Below, in pieces: positions 7,579-17,453 of a stretch of 64,000 bases of DNA. Each line of letters begins with the position of its first letter. Position 1 is the stretch's first letter. The notes beneath the pieces were generated by a model. It did no database searches and was not told the DNA's origin. It saw nothing but the letters and a program-made list of their open reading frames with translations. The DNA is taken from IMG/VR virus record IMGVR_UViG_3300045988_134109, positions 1-64,000 of that record. One strand, 5' to 3'. The translations under genes were made by a program, and so were the position numbers. Origin of the DNA: a virus.

Positions 7579-7992
7579 ATGGGATATATATGTACAAGAT
7601 GTGGTGGAACAAATGTTGCTTGTGAAGCCATAGTAAATCCGAATACCGGAAAAATAATAGATTATTTTGATGGATCTTTTATGCATGCTATTTGCTCGAA
7701 TTGTGAAAACGAGGTGATAATATCCAACATTGAAGAAGTCAAACATGAAATTGATTTAAGATTTCATGAATTTGTAGAAAGAACAGGGAAGGAGCCTGAA
7801 TACGTAGAATGTCAGATTGTACGGAAAGAGACAGGAGATGAACAAAGAAAGACAATGAAACTATCATTGAGCATCAACGATGATGACAATGATGATGTTT
7901 TTTGTTACTGCAATGGGATAGAATCGTTTAAGCAACTTGCTGAATACGGAATGGGAGAATTTATCGTAACATTTTGTTGGAGTTTCTTTTAA
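7579..7992 (+). CDS. hypothetical zinc-ribbon protein (137 aa)
   Basis: CTRCGG...C...CSNCEN four-Cys arrangement at the N-terminus. Confidence 0.55.
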   Translation: MGYICTRCGGTNVACEAIVNPNTGKIIDYFDGSFMHAICSNCENEVIISNIEEVKHEIDLRFHEFVERTGKEPEYVECQIVRKETGDEQRKTMKLSLSINDDDNDDVFCYCNGIESFKQLAEYGMGEFIVTFCWSFF

Positions 7993-8029
7993 GAAACATA
8001 TTTAGTTATCATTTTTAATAACATATCTT

Positions 8030-8503
8030 ATGAAAACACAAGAAGAATATGCCCGTGAGATTGACGAGATTGTTCTCCGGGATGTAGAGAGTTGCCAGGG
8101 TGATTGGTTTAATATCAATAAAGAGATATTCATGCAGCCAGAGAATAAGAACAAGGCATTTATTTTGGGAACCCGGAAGACCGGATGTGATTTAATTGTG
8201 CTGGGTGGCACTAATTGTGATGAAGGTAGTATGGATTGGCTTTTTGGGAGTCTTGGCAATGAAAATTTCTATGTATGTCAGCCAGCATCTTTCTATAAAT
8301 CACAGCAAGAAATTGAGAAAGTGAATCCGCTATATGCTTTTAAGGTGGCTACTGCTTATTTCAGGGGACAGGGTTTGGTTCCGGTATTTGAAGATTGTCA
8401 TTGCAGACTTATCATTTTGAGGTATGGGGGTGGGTTAGATGAGGATAATAATCCCATCACTGGAGGAGAATCAAAAAAATGGTTTTTGATGATGTGGATA
8501 TAA
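8030..8503 (+). CDS. hypothetical protein (157 aa)
   Basis: ATG ORF. Confidence 0.5.
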   Translation: MKTQEEYAREIDEIVLRDVESCQGDWFNINKEIFMQPENKNKAFILGTRKTGCDLIVLGGTNCDEGSMDWLFGSLGNENFYVCQPASFYKSQQEIEKVNPLYAFKVATAYFRGQGLVPVFEDCHCRLIILRYGGGLDEDNNPITGGESKKWFLMMWI

Positions 8504-8507
8504 TAGA

Positions 8508-8762
8508 ATGTGTATAAACGAAGGTAGCATGATAGAAATAATAAGATACAGGCTTCCGGTTTATTGGGCTTGCGCTCTGATAAATGATGATTATACCGGA
8601 CTGTCTGAAGAAGAAATACAGGAAATAGATGCTTTTTTGAAAAAAGCAGAAGGTTATCCGGTAGATGTAGATTTGGGAACACAAGGGTTTTACCGTTGTA
8701 ATGACGCAGGAACACTTCCCGGAGAGTGTGCAGATTTTATTTTTCATAAGTGTAATGATTAA
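8508..8762 (+). CDS. hypothetical protein (84 aa)
   Basis: ATG ORF. Confidence 0.45.
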   Translation: MCINEGSMIEIIRYRLPVYWACALINDDYTGLSEEEIQEIDAFLKKAEGYPVDVDLGTQGFYRCNDAGTLPGECADFIFHKCND

Positions 8763-8773
8763 ACTAAAATAAC

Positions 8774-9424
8774 ATGGGAACTGCTAAGAGTATCCTTAAA
8801 AAGAGTGCTAATGATTGGCTTGGAACCAATCATGAATTATCCAAAAGCGAAGATAGTATCAAGCGTAAGCACGTACATGAATTAAAACGCATCTTTCAAA
8901 TTTTATTGGATCATCAAGGATTAAAAGTGTTAGGGACCGTAAATGTGATTGTTGATGAAGTTTGCGGGGAAGGTACATGGATTAAGTATTCAGAAAGATC
9001 TGAAAGATGGAGAAAGGGTGAGGAAGAAAGAAAAAGAATAAAATTAGAGAGATTAAGAAAGGAAGAAGAAGCCCGTTACAAGGATTTTGATGAAAAACTG
9101 GAAGAGTGGAAGTCAGGAGAAATCAATTTCTTGAATACACCTTTCTATATTCCTGGTGAAAAACCTAACGCCTGGATTCGTATAAAAGGAAATATTATTG
9201 AGATAAGTAAACAGATAAAGATTGGAATAGCAGAAGCCAAAAAACTGTGGCGGGATGTGTCGGCAATGCACCGGGGCGCCGAGTTTCGGCACGGTCTGGT
9301 GGAGGACGTCACCGGTCACCAGTGGAGTCTAAATCGGTACGAAAACGATTTGCTAACCGCTGGATGTCATAGGATAGCATATAACGAAATGGAGAGAATA
9401 GCAAAACAACTGGGATGGGTGTAA
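8774..9424 (+). CDS. hypothetical protein with a K/E-rich coiled-coil segment (216 aa)
   Basis: ATG ORF. Confidence 0.55.
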   Translation: MGTAKSILKKSANDWLGTNHELSKSEDSIKRKHVHELKRIFQILLDHQGLKVLGTVNVIVDEVCGEGTWIKYSERSERWRKGEEERKRIKLERLRKEEEARYKDFDEKLEEWKSGEINFLNTPFYIPGEKPNAWIRIKGNIIEISKQIKIGIAEAKKLWRDVSAMHRGAEFRHGLVEDVTGHQWSLNRYENDLLTAGCHRIAYNEMERIAKQLGWV

Positions 9425-9471
9425 GTAGTCCATCTTATTTTATTAATCACATAATTAAAAACAAGAAAAAT

Positions 9472-10206
9472 ATGAAAAATCTAATTATTGTTCCGTTTGA
9501 TTTAGAAACGGCAAAAAAAATAAACATAGGGGAAATAGCAGGTCGTATTGTGACAGAGAAAGGACAAAATAGAGCAGAAATCGTATATGAAGACAATTCG
9601 TCAAATTGTCCGTTATTGGTTGTAATTCATTCGATTTCTGTATCGGCAGACTGGTTTTCTGCTACAGGAAAAGCACTTAGCAGCGCAAATCGACTCCTTC
9701 TTGAAGTTCCAGAATATACTACGTTTAAAGATGGAGAGGTGTTAAGTAATAAAGATGGTAGCTATATCTTTATTTTAAATACACATGGGAAATATTTAAC
9801 GTCTTTTTATGCCTCTTTAAATCAAAAAGGTATTCTTAAAATAGAAGATGGTTTATCTGCTTGGGAAAATCAGATAGAAAAATACAGATTTGCCACTGAG
9901 TCCGAAAGACAAAAGTTGGTTGACGCATTAAAGGCAAGCAAAGAACCTAAAGCTAAAGAGTATCTGAAACGCTTCTTCGGGATTGAAGAAAAGCCGAAAT
10001 ATGATTTTAAGCCGTTTGACAAAGTGCTGGTAAGAGACGAGGACGATAAAGAATGGCATATCAGCTTGTTTGCAAGGGAAATTGTGGACGATTCTGATGG
10101 ATTGTCTTATAAGCATGAATGTTCCAATGGAACATTATGGGACTGTTGCATTCCTTTTGAGGGCAATGAATATCTTTTAGGAACTGCTGAAAATCCAGAA
10201 GATTGA
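9472..10206 (+). CDS. hypothetical protein (244 aa from the ATG at 9472); its last codon and stop are supplied by the IS end
   Basis: the track start at 9415 is non-ATG; the ATG at 9472 is preceded by an A-rich leader; the stop TGA at 10204-10206 lies inside the IS right-end sequence TTGACATACTCCCAT. Confidence 0.5.
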   Translation: MKNLIIVPFDLETAKKINIGEIAGRIVTEKGQNRAEIVYEDNSSNCPLLVVIHSISVSADWFSATGKALSSANRLLLEVPEYTTFKDGEVLSNKDGSYIFILNTHGKYLTSFYASLNQKGILKIEDGLSAWENQIEKYRFATESERQKLVDALKASKEPKAKEYLKRFFGIEEKPKYDFKPFDKVLVRDEDDKEWHISLFAREIVDDSDGLSYKHECSNGTLWDCCIPFEGNEYLLGTAENPED

Positions 10207-10514
10207 CATACTCCCATGTTGTTTGAGAATGAAGAAGATTTCTTTTAATTCTTTTGGTAAAATGTTTCTTCATTTTATCAACTGAGATATATTTTCCAAA
10301 CAGTTTGTAATACCTACGTTGTAGAGCTAAAGCATGATTCCACACAAAACAACATTCACGAAGTATCTTGACAAGATACTTCGTTTTCTTCGAATGATAG
10401 ATGTTGTATTTGTATGAAATCATTTTTTTATCTGTAATTTTGATTCAAAATTAATCAAACCAATTCATCCACCTTCTAAAGTATGGTGGTTTTGTTGGTT
10501 AAATAATCATAAAA
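10203..10514 (-). mobile_element. IS200/IS605-family (TnpB-only type) element remnant, copy 1; internally deleted (right-end tip, first ~73 codons of tnpB, left end)
   Basis: 10203-10217 equals the first 15 nt of the repeat at 28861 and 42783; 10219-10514 is ~90-95% identical to 29466-29776. Confidence 0.75.
10204..10423 (-). pseudogene. tnpB: tnpB N-terminal fragment (MISYKYNIYHSKKTKYLVKILRECCFVWNHALALQRRYYKLFGKYIS...)
   Basis: the N-terminus is identical to the 191-aa TnpB fragment at 29110-29685; classic OrfB/TnpB N-terminal pattern (YKYRIY...CRFVYN); the reading frame diverges after ~50 aa. Confidence 0.7.
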
Positions 10515-10531
10515 CAAAATCACTTATAACA

Positions 10532-10915
10532 ATGAGCTATTTTATATTAATGGGAAGAAGAATCCCAAAACAAGCCGTAACAGGCTTCAAGTTTCAAAAT
10601 GAAACAGATAACATTCGTCCTTTCCTGTCAATCAGGATAAGAGGGAAGGAGGAAATTATACCCCTTAAAGATAAAAGAGAAATACTGTCCGTGAAAGCAC
10701 ATCTGTGCTCTGTCTTCTCCGGGTTTGTGAAAATAGGCGACTGGTATCTCAAGATGTCGGAAGTTAAGGAATATAAGCCGGTGACTGCCGAAGACATGAA
10801 CCCCTACATCTTGTTTAAGACATCTAAGTTCGGAAATATAAAAGTTCGTTTTCCGAAAGATGAAGATATGAATGCGGAATTGTTGGTGCTAGATCAACTT
10901 TTTGACGTAGAATGA
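10532..10915 (+). CDS. hypothetical protein (127 aa)
   Basis: ATG ORF starting 18 nt after the IS left end. Confidence 0.5.
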   Translation: MSYFILMGRRIPKQAVTGFKFQNETDNIRPFLSIRIRGKEEIIPLKDKREILSVKAHLCSVFSGFVKIGDWYLKMSEVKEYKPVTAEDMNPYILFKTSKFGNIKVRFPKDEDMNAELLVLDQLFDVE

Positions 10916-10956
10916 ATTAGTAAGGTAATTATATACCTAAAATAATATAAAGAGAT

Positions 10957-11220
10957 ATGAGCAAATACAGAACAAAAGCCGGAATAGAATGCACGGAAGA
11001 AGAATGCAAGCTAATTGATTCATTTAAGAGGCTTGCCAAAAAATGGAAGAAAGATGGAAAACGATTGTGGATATATTCAGCAAGCGGAACATTACATGTA
11101 ATGATGCATGGAGATACAAACTATAATCCTACACCGGAATTTACGCAATATGGAGGCAGTAACATTGAAAATAGTATAACCATCATTGATGGAATACCAA
11201 ATGATGGCGGAGATTGGTAA
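10957..11220 (+). CDS. hypothetical protein (87 aa)
   Basis: ATG ORF. Confidence 0.5.
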   Translation: MSKYRTKAGIECTEEECKLIDSFKRLAKKWKKDGKRLWIYSASGTLHVMMHGDTNYNPTPEFTQYGGSNIENSITIIDGIPNDGGDW

Positions 11221-11247
11221 TAATATTCATTTTTAAAAGTTAGAGTT

Positions 11248-11484
11248 ATGAAAAAAGATTTAACAGACAAAGAAAAAGAGGAAAGAATGAATTACCTTAC
11301 CATCCATAAATGTAAAAACGAGGATGAACGTAAAGAGTTAAAAGAATTATGTGATTGGTATTTTAAGGATACCCCTACGTTAACTATGTCTTTTTCTTTA
11401 ACAGAAGAAGATCTTTCGGGTAACAATGGAAGGGGACGTGGAGTTGTCGGCGGTAGTCGGAGCTGTGAAGCGTCAACACCTTAA
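11248..11484 (+). CDS. hypothetical protein (78 aa)
   Basis: ATG ORF. Confidence 0.45.
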   Translation: MKKDLTDKEKEERMNYLTIHKCKNEDERKELKELCDWYFKDTPTLTMSFSLTEEDLSGNNGRGRGVVGGSRSCEASTP

Positions 11485-11503
11485 GAAGAAAATTTGAAAG
11501 GTT

Positions 11504-11707
11504 ATGACTGACAGAGAACTTCTTGAAGAAAACAATAAAATGTTAAAGGAAATTCTAAGTTTTGTGAGAAAAGTCGATTCTGTTGAATATAGGGATCATC
11601 AAGACTTTATGGAATTTCTTAGAAATGTGGCAGCCGATATATGGGTAGAATATACGGAGCCTGAACAAAGAAGTAAGTTGTTTAATTTAATAAATAAAGA
11701 AAAATGA
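11504..11707 (+). CDS. hypothetical protein (67 aa)
   Basis: ATG ORF; its stop overlaps the next start. Confidence 0.45.
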   Translation: MTDRELLEENNKMLKEILSFVRKVDSVEYRDHQDFMEFLRNVAADIWVEYTEPEQRSKLFNLINKEK

Positions 11708-12372
11708 AAACAATTTTTGATTTAAGCAGAGATGAGATTACGGCATTGACAGACGAAGACATAAGTCTGTATATAGACAAAGAGCTTGCTAATAAAGGTA
11801 TTCCAATTGAAGCTAAAAACTGGAATATAAAGGACGAAAAAGAAGTCGCGTATCCAAGAACGGGAGTTCCAGTATTTATGTTAAAAGATATCGGCATCGG
11901 TTTTAGAACCATAGAAGGTGCAACTGAGGTGGCTAATTTGCTTGTCAAGTATAATGCATTTAAAACAGAATCAAAGTATCTAACAGGATCGTATGAACGG
12001 TTTTGGATCATAAAGGAGGGTGTTTGCCCGGCTGTTAAAGGAGAAACAGGATATAGCGAGAAAGAGTTTGATAAGATAGATGAGAAAAATAAAAACCCTG
12101 AATTGACAAGTATAAATACCTTCAATGACACCGTGAAAAAAGCCAATGAAATTAAAGACAGGGTATTGAAATACGTGTACAATATAAAACAAGAACGTTC
12201 ATACAACAATGACCTGGTTGGTATCTTTGAAAGGTATAAAGATATAGCAGACGGTGACATGGAAGTAGCTATGAATTTTATTAAGGAGGCCTATCCATTC
12301 AATGAAGAAACAGAATCGTTTATCAGGAAAAAGTTTGACATGCCTATGCCGAACGAATCAAAAGAGCAGTAA
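11704..12372 (+). CDS. hypothetical protein (222 aa)
   Basis: ATG ORF. Confidence 0.55.
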   Translation: MKTIFDLSRDEITALTDEDISLYIDKELANKGIPIEAKNWNIKDEKEVAYPRTGVPVFMLKDIGIGFRTIEGATEVANLLVKYNAFKTESKYLTGSYERFWIIKEGVCPAVKGETGYSEKEFDKIDEKNKNPELTSINTFNDTVKKANEIKDRVLKYVYNIKQERSYNNDLVGIFERYKDIADGDMEVAMNFIKEAYPFNEETESFIRKKFDMPMPNESKEQ

Positions 12373-12446
12373 TTAAGCTAAATTAAATCATTTTGAATCT
12401 TTTTTATTATCAAAAGACATATCTTTGTCCAAAAAAAACAAACAGA

Positions 12447-12707
12447 ATGGAAGAAAAAGAGATAAAAGAAGCTATGATTGAAGCCCTGACGCACTTAGAG
12501 GGGTGTAAGTATTTCGTGGCTACGATAGTAAACGAAGAGGAAAGAAGATTTGATATGAGCCTAAGAATGTCACAACATCAATTGGCATTAGTTATAAAAG
12601 GTATCTTATCTAATAATGAGATGATGATGATGGACGTTTTGCAATGGTGTTCTGAAAGATTTAAAAACAGTATAGAGAAAGGGAAAAATCAACTAATTAA
12701 ATATTAA
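12447..12707 (+). CDS. hypothetical protein (86 aa from the ATG at 12447)
   Basis: the track start at 12393 is TTG; the first ATG is at 12447. Confidence 0.45.
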   Translation: MEEKEIKEAMIEALTHLEGCKYFVATIVNEEERRFDMSLRMSQHQLALVIKGILSNNEMMMMDVLQWCSERFKNSIEKGKNQLIKY

Positions 12708-12711
12708 TACA

Positions 12712-13182
12712 ATGAATCGCTGGTTTGAAATTACGGTAAAAGCCGAGATTGATAATATCGAGAACGGCAAAAAAAAGAAAGTAACTGAAAAGTATTTGGT
12801 AGATGCCTTATCTTATACAGAGGCAGAATCAAGATCTTTAGAGATTTTCAAGGATTTATTTCAAGTGTTCGACATTGTTAAAATAAATCCTATTAAAGTG
12901 TCGGAAATCTTCTTCAACGGAGAAGCTGAGTACTGGTATAAGTGTAAGGTAAATTACATTACACTGGATGAAAAGAAAGGTAAAGAAAAGAAAACTCCAT
13001 GCTATATGTATGTCCAGGCCGGCAATCCTAAGGATGCCGAAGCTGTGTTGACTAAAGGTATGCAGGGCACGTTAGGCGACTGGAATTGCGAAGCTATTGC
13101 TGAAACGAAGATCATTGACGTATTCAAATATGATCTTCAGAAGGGAGCTGAAAAATTAGGCGAGAAGAAGAGTGAAGAGTAA
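12712..13182 (+). CDS. hypothetical protein (156 aa)
   Basis: ATG ORF. Confidence 0.55.
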   Translation: MNRWFEITVKAEIDNIENGKKKKVTEKYLVDALSYTEAESRSLEIFKDLFQVFDIVKINPIKVSEIFFNGEAEYWYKCKVNYITLDEKKGKEKKTPCYMYVQAGNPKDAEAVLTKGMQGTLGDWNCEAIAETKIIDVFKYDLQKGAEKLGEKKSEE

Positions 13183-13411
13183 GGCTGATGTAGTTTCCAA
13201 CATAGCGCTTGTTGTGGCGATAATATCATTGCTTTCAGCAGGCGCTTTCCTTCTGATAGTGATTAAGACAGACGAGGTATCTAAATTATTAATGAACGTA
13301 CCTTATCTACTGGCTTCAGCGGGATTGTTCTTTTCAATAATATCATTATTATTCGAATGGAAAGCAAGGAAAAGAAGCTATACGTCTGCGAACGATGCGG
13401 ACGAAAAGTGA
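13172..13411 (+). CDS. small membrane protein with two predicted TM helices (79 aa)
   Basis: two hydrophobic stretches (IALVVAIISLLSAGAFLLIVI; LASAGLFFSIISLLF). Confidence 0.5.
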   Translation: MKSKADVVSNIALVVAIISLLSAGAFLLIVIKTDEVSKLLMNVPYLLASAGLFFSIISLLFEWKARKRSYTSANDADEK

Positions 13412-13878
13412 TGATAAGAAGTCATGGCTTATGCCAGGCTTGCAGGAGCAAAGAGTTGACTCCGAAGAAGAAAAACAGAATTACATCCATTAAAAACAGC
13501 AGCAAGAAGAAAAAGTTAGAGAGCCCGGATTTATCCGGGTTTTTTCGTCTTATGCTGGAAGAGTTAAATAACAGTCGGATGTCTATGACCGGTAAAGCTA
13601 TTCATTTTCCTACAGTATGTAACGTATGTCACATACTTCCAAAAAGGATATATAAGTCGGTTGCTACTTGCAGGGATAATATAGTTTTCCTACATGAATC
13701 GGAGCATACGGTATTCGACATGTATCTTGACCGGATAGAATTTGATAAACTTGAAACAGAATTTCCTTTTGTGTGGAAATATGCGGTAAAGAAGGTACTG
13801 GATATGGAAAGCAGGGGAATGATTAAAGAAAGAGGTAGGTTGATTATTGAAATAATTGACAGATATAACCCCAAATAG
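13357..13878 (+). CDS. zinc-ribbon protein, possibly an HNH-type endonuclease (173 aa)
   Basis: N-terminal CERCG...CQAC; later CNVCHILPK...DNIVFLHESEH resembles HNH spacing (CxxCH...N...H); weak. Confidence 0.35.
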   Translation: MESKEKKLYVCERCGRKVMIRSHGLCQACRSKELTPKKKNRITSIKNSSKKKKLESPDLSGFFRLMLEELNNSRMSMTGKAIHFPTVCNVCHILPKRIYKSVATCRDNIVFLHESEHTVFDMYLDRIEFDKLETEFPFVWKYAVKKVLDMESRGMIKERGRLIIEIIDRYNPK

Positions 13879-13960
13879 TATTTGAGAAAGCAGCCACAGA
13901 TATTGATGAGACTGTAACTGTGTTGTATTATGTTAAAGAGGAATTAATTGAGAAATTGCG

Positions 13961-15280
13961 ATGATAGAACAGAAAATAAAAATATTGACAGATTTAGGGT
14001 TTGTACCTATGGTGGAGGGAAAAGGAAATACGTTGTTTAGAATGAACGATGTTGTGATGTCGGTGTCAGATCCTAATCAAACACCGGAGCAATTGAGAAA
14101 GGAAGTTATGTCTTTAATAAAAAACAAAGACATAGCAGAAAGAGGCGGACAGGTTCCAGTAGTTAAAGAGCCGGCGCCTGAGCCAGAGCAGGCCCAGAAG
14201 GAGGAACCGGAAGCTCCGGCGGAGGAAGCCGCTCCTAACCCTGGAGAAGAGGATTCGAATCCGTTTACAGAAAATCAGGAAACGTTAGAACCGTTTTATA
14301 TCTGTGATGAGTTAAAGAAGATCGAGACTCCCAAATTCGTAAGATTGACATTAGACGGTAATCGTTTTTATGTAAGAAAGATGGACGATGGGACAGCCAA
14401 GATATACGCCTCGGTAACAACCATGATCAGAGACGGATTCGTAGATGACAAGACGGCTCTTCAAGAATGGAGACAGGAGATGAGGATGATTGGTCGCAAT
14501 CCGGAAGAAGTATCAGAATATGATGCAGATAAAGGAACGATCATGCACTACCTATACGGATTGTACTTGACAGGTAGAGATATGGTCTTAAATCGAAGTT
14601 TTATAGTTAAGACAGTGCAAGAAGGCAAGCTGAAGATATCGAAAAAGAATCTTGACAAATTCTTTGGTAGCATAGATGATCTTGATGATATGATTGTCAG
14701 AGTTATGAAGTTTGCTAAGTTTTGTTCGGAGTATAAGGTTAAGCCGATGATGATTGAAAGAATATTATCATTAGAAGATTATTTGGTAGCTACGCCAATA
14801 GATGCGATGGTTAAAATGACATTCAAATACAAAGAAGAAGGTTATTTTGGAGCCGTGTATCAAAGGGCTACGGGGCAGTTCAAAAAAGGCGATCCGAAGA
14901 AGGAAGTGAGAGAAGTGGAGAAAGAAGAGATTGTTATCTTAGATTTTAAATCAGGTGACATACGAAATGAACACGCTTTTCAATTGGAGGCTGAAAGAAG
15001 AATGGTTAAAAACTGGTACGGAATTGATGCACGTATTATGAATTTTTCTCCAAAAAGCACGAACAGTAAAGGTTATACGCTAAAAGAATGGTCTGATAAA
15101 AATGCTGCTATGGAGAAAGCGGACTGCGTGTTTCAACAAGGTATGTTGAATCACCTTAGAAAAGATAAGAAGTTCAAAGTGAGAAAAGGAGTGCTGAATA
15201 TCAATAAGCCGTACAATGAAGAGGATCATACGGTCGTGTATGATATTGCAGAGGAAATGTCTAAAAGATTCATAATATGA
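13961..15280 (+). CDS. PD-(D/E)xK nuclease, RecB/Cas4/lambda-exonuclease-like (439 aa)
   Basis: motifs IDAMVKM (D), ILDFKSGD (D/ExK) and AFQLEAERRMVKNWY (QxxxY). Confidence 0.5.
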   Translation: MIEQKIKILTDLGFVPMVEGKGNTLFRMNDVVMSVSDPNQTPEQLRKEVMSLIKNKDIAERGGQVPVVKEPAPEPEQAQKEEPEAPAEEAAPNPGEEDSNPFTENQETLEPFYICDELKKIETPKFVRLTLDGNRFYVRKMDDGTAKIYASVTTMIRDGFVDDKTALQEWRQEMRMIGRNPEEVSEYDADKGTIMHYLYGLYLTGRDMVLNRSFIVKTVQEGKLKISKKNLDKFFGSIDDLDDMIVRVMKFAKFCSEYKVKPMMIERILSLEDYLVATPIDAMVKMTFKYKEEGYFGAVYQRATGQFKKGDPKKEVREVEKEEIVILDFKSGDIRNEHAFQLEAERRMVKNWYGIDARIMNFSPKSTNSKGYTLKEWSDKNAAMEKADCVFQQGMLNHLRKDKKFKVRKGVLNINKPYNEEDHTVVYDIAEEMSKRFII

Positions 15281-15510
15281 ACGATATTGTTATTCCTGAA
15301 GGAGATTATATAGAAATCGTAAAACCGATATGCATCAATCCTTTTGGTGATTATTTTATTAACATCAAAAGGGGTTCGAGATTAAGATTATCGAAAGATT
15401 TGAAAATAGGAGATAAATATGCAATATGTGTACTTGCATCTTATGAGAAATATGGCAAGACCATCGAAATAATAATGCCTATATTGGTCAGAAATACAAG
15501 AAGAGTATGA
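15277..15510 (+). CDS. hypothetical protein (77 aa)
   Basis: ATG overlapping the upstream stop. Confidence 0.45.
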   Translation: MNDIVIPEGDYIEIVKPICINPFGDYFINIKRGSRLRLSKDLKIGDKYAICVLASYEKYGKTIEIIMPILVRNTRRV

Positions 15511-15857
15511 AAAGAAAAATTAGAAGAACAGGAGAGATAATAGACGTAATCACCTTCAGCGGCTCAACTACAAGAAGCGACTGTGACAAAATACAGTTCT
15601 ATGACAGAAACGGAAGTGTGATAAATGAGAGTTTAAATTATTATCTCGATACCCTTCCTGTGGATGATGAAAACAAAGATGTAGATTGGGAACAACGTAG
15701 ATTCGATCTTGTTAAGGCTTATTCTATTGAGTTTATCAAAATGCAAAATAGAAAAGGTGAAATAGATTGCGGAGTATATGTACCAGATGTGGTGTCATGG
15801 TCTATAACTATAGCAGATAGAGTCATAGAGGCAATGAGAGGAGTTAAAAATGCTTGA
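15507..15857 (+). CDS. hypothetical protein (116 aa)
   Basis: ATG overlapping the upstream stop. Confidence 0.5.
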   Translation: MKRKIRRTGEIIDVITFSGSTTRSDCDKIQFYDRNGSVINESLNYYLDTLPVDDENKDVDWEQRRFDLVKAYSIEFIKMQNRKGEIDCGVYVPDVVSWSITIADRVIEAMRGVKNA

Positions 15858-16863
15858 TTTCAGGAAATACGAAAACGTACCTCGGTTTCAACTTGACCGC
15901 AGGCCCGGAAGGAGCCGACTGAAGCTAACCTGCCCGGCTTGCGGAAAAAGCCGGTGCCTTACCCCTTATATTGATGTGGCAACAGGTCAGGTTGTTGGAA
16001 ACGAGTTCGGAAGATGCGATCATGAACGGACTTGCGGTTACGATAAACGACCTACTGGTAAGGATGTAGGTGATAAAGATCTTTGGATTTCGGGAAACAA
16101 GTGTATAAGAGCTTATCGTCCTCCTGTAAATCCTGACGTTGTAAATTACATACCTTTTAGCGAGTTTGAGAGGACTGTAGTTCCAGACGATAGAAACACT
16201 GTATTTAGATTTTTATCGTCTCTATGGGGAAAAGAAAGGGTATCTGACGTGTTTAGAAGATATCATGTCGGAACAATGGATTTATGGGGATGGAAAGGGT
16301 GTTGTATATTCTGGCAGATAGATAAGGATTTTGTATGTAGAACTGGCAAGATCATGGACTTTTATATAAAGACCGACAGCCAGGGGAATGAGATTGATGT
16401 AAAAAGAGTGAAGGAAAAAGAAGGTGACAATGAGCGGCCTCATGTTATGTTTTATCACTCGTTGCATGCAAGAGACTTCTTGTTTAGACAATGCCTGTTT
16501 GGAGAACATCTTCTAAGCCAGTATCCAGATAAGGTAGTTAATTTGGTGGAGTCAGAAAAGACGGCTATTATATGCGCTGTAAATAAACCAGATGAGTTGT
16601 TTGTAGCTACCGGTGGGTTGCAGAACTTAAGACCGGAAGTGATAGATGTTTTAAAAGATAGAAAGACTGTAGCTTTTCCGGACAAAGGACAAGCATTTGA
16701 CACATGGAGTAAAAAGATAGATGGGATGATGATGAAGTCAAGGATAAAAGTATCGGACTATCTTCAGAGTGTTGAGAATGTAGGGGACGGAGATGATGTG
16801 GCAGATTTGATAATTAATAACAAAGTAAAAGAGAAATATTATGAGCCTGGACGTTTATATTAA
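15850..16863 (+). CDS. DnaG-like DNA primase with a zinc-binding domain and a TOPRIM domain (337 aa)
   Basis: N-terminal CPACGKS...C...H...CGY zinc-binding region; C-terminal LVESEKTAII ... VAFPDKGQA matches the TOPRIM E...DxD pattern. Confidence 0.55.
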   Translation: MLDFRKYENVPRFQLDRRPGRSRLKLTCPACGKSRCLTPYIDVATGQVVGNEFGRCDHERTCGYDKRPTGKDVGDKDLWISGNKCIRAYRPPVNPDVVNYIPFSEFERTVVPDDRNTVFRFLSSLWGKERVSDVFRRYHVGTMDLWGWKGCCIFWQIDKDFVCRTGKIMDFYIKTDSQGNEIDVKRVKEKEGDNERPHVMFYHSLHARDFLFRQCLFGEHLLSQYPDKVVNLVESEKTAIICAVNKPDELFVATGGLQNLRPEVIDVLKDRKTVAFPDKGQAFDTWSKKIDGMMMKSRIKVSDYLQSVENVGDGDDVADLIINNKVKEKYYEPGRLY

Positions 16864-17194
16864 GAGCAAGAAGAAAGAAGAGGATCGTAAATGGGTTGCA
16901 AACATCACCCACAACATGAACAAGATGGCACAAAAAATATTCGTATCAGAAAACAAAGAAACACTATACGATTATGTTTGGAGACCGGAAGAATTGGGCA
17001 GGGAAATAGATACCAAAGAGATGGCGAAGATACTCACAAAAGGTATATATATTATGATCTCCAAGAGAAAGAGTCTTTTGAGATACGAACCGGAAAACGG
17101 ATGGGGGTCTTATGATTCATTTCTTAAGTTTCTTATCGAATACAAAGAGGCATGTGAAGATAATCCAGGGTGTGTAATTGAAGCAAGTAGATAA
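16841..17194 (+). CDS. hypothetical protein (117 aa)
   Basis: ATG ORF. Confidence 0.5.
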   Translation: MSLDVYIKSKKKEEDRKWVANITHNMNKMAQKIFVSENKETLYDYVWRPEELGREIDTKEMAKILTKGIYIMISKRKSLLRYEPENGWGSYDSFLKFLIEYKEACEDNPGCVIEASR

Positions 17195-17195
17195 T

Positions 17196-17453
17196 ATGGA
17201 AAATTATAAAAACACTTTAAACGAGGTAGTGGTGATCGAATCATCACCAGAAACGTATTTTGTTTACGCTATTCGTAATGCTATTCGTATCTCTAAATGT
17301 GCGTATCCTACAGCCAAGAAAGTAATTTTCAAAAGAGAGGACGTAGAGGTGGAGATCTCGGAAATGGAAACTGAAAGCAGTTTGTATGAAAAGTTTAAAG
17401 AGAAACAAAAGGATAGAGTATGGAACTCAATGTGCGGCAACAACGGATTTTAA
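17196..17453 (+). CDS. hypothetical protein (85 aa from the ATG at 17196)
   Basis: the track start at 17178 is TTG; the ATG at 17196 lies 2 nt after the upstream stop. Confidence 0.45.
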   Translation: MENYKNTLNEVVVIESSPETYFVYAIRNAIRISKCAYPTAKKVIFKREDVEVEISEMETESSLYEKFKEKQKDRVWNSMCGNNGF

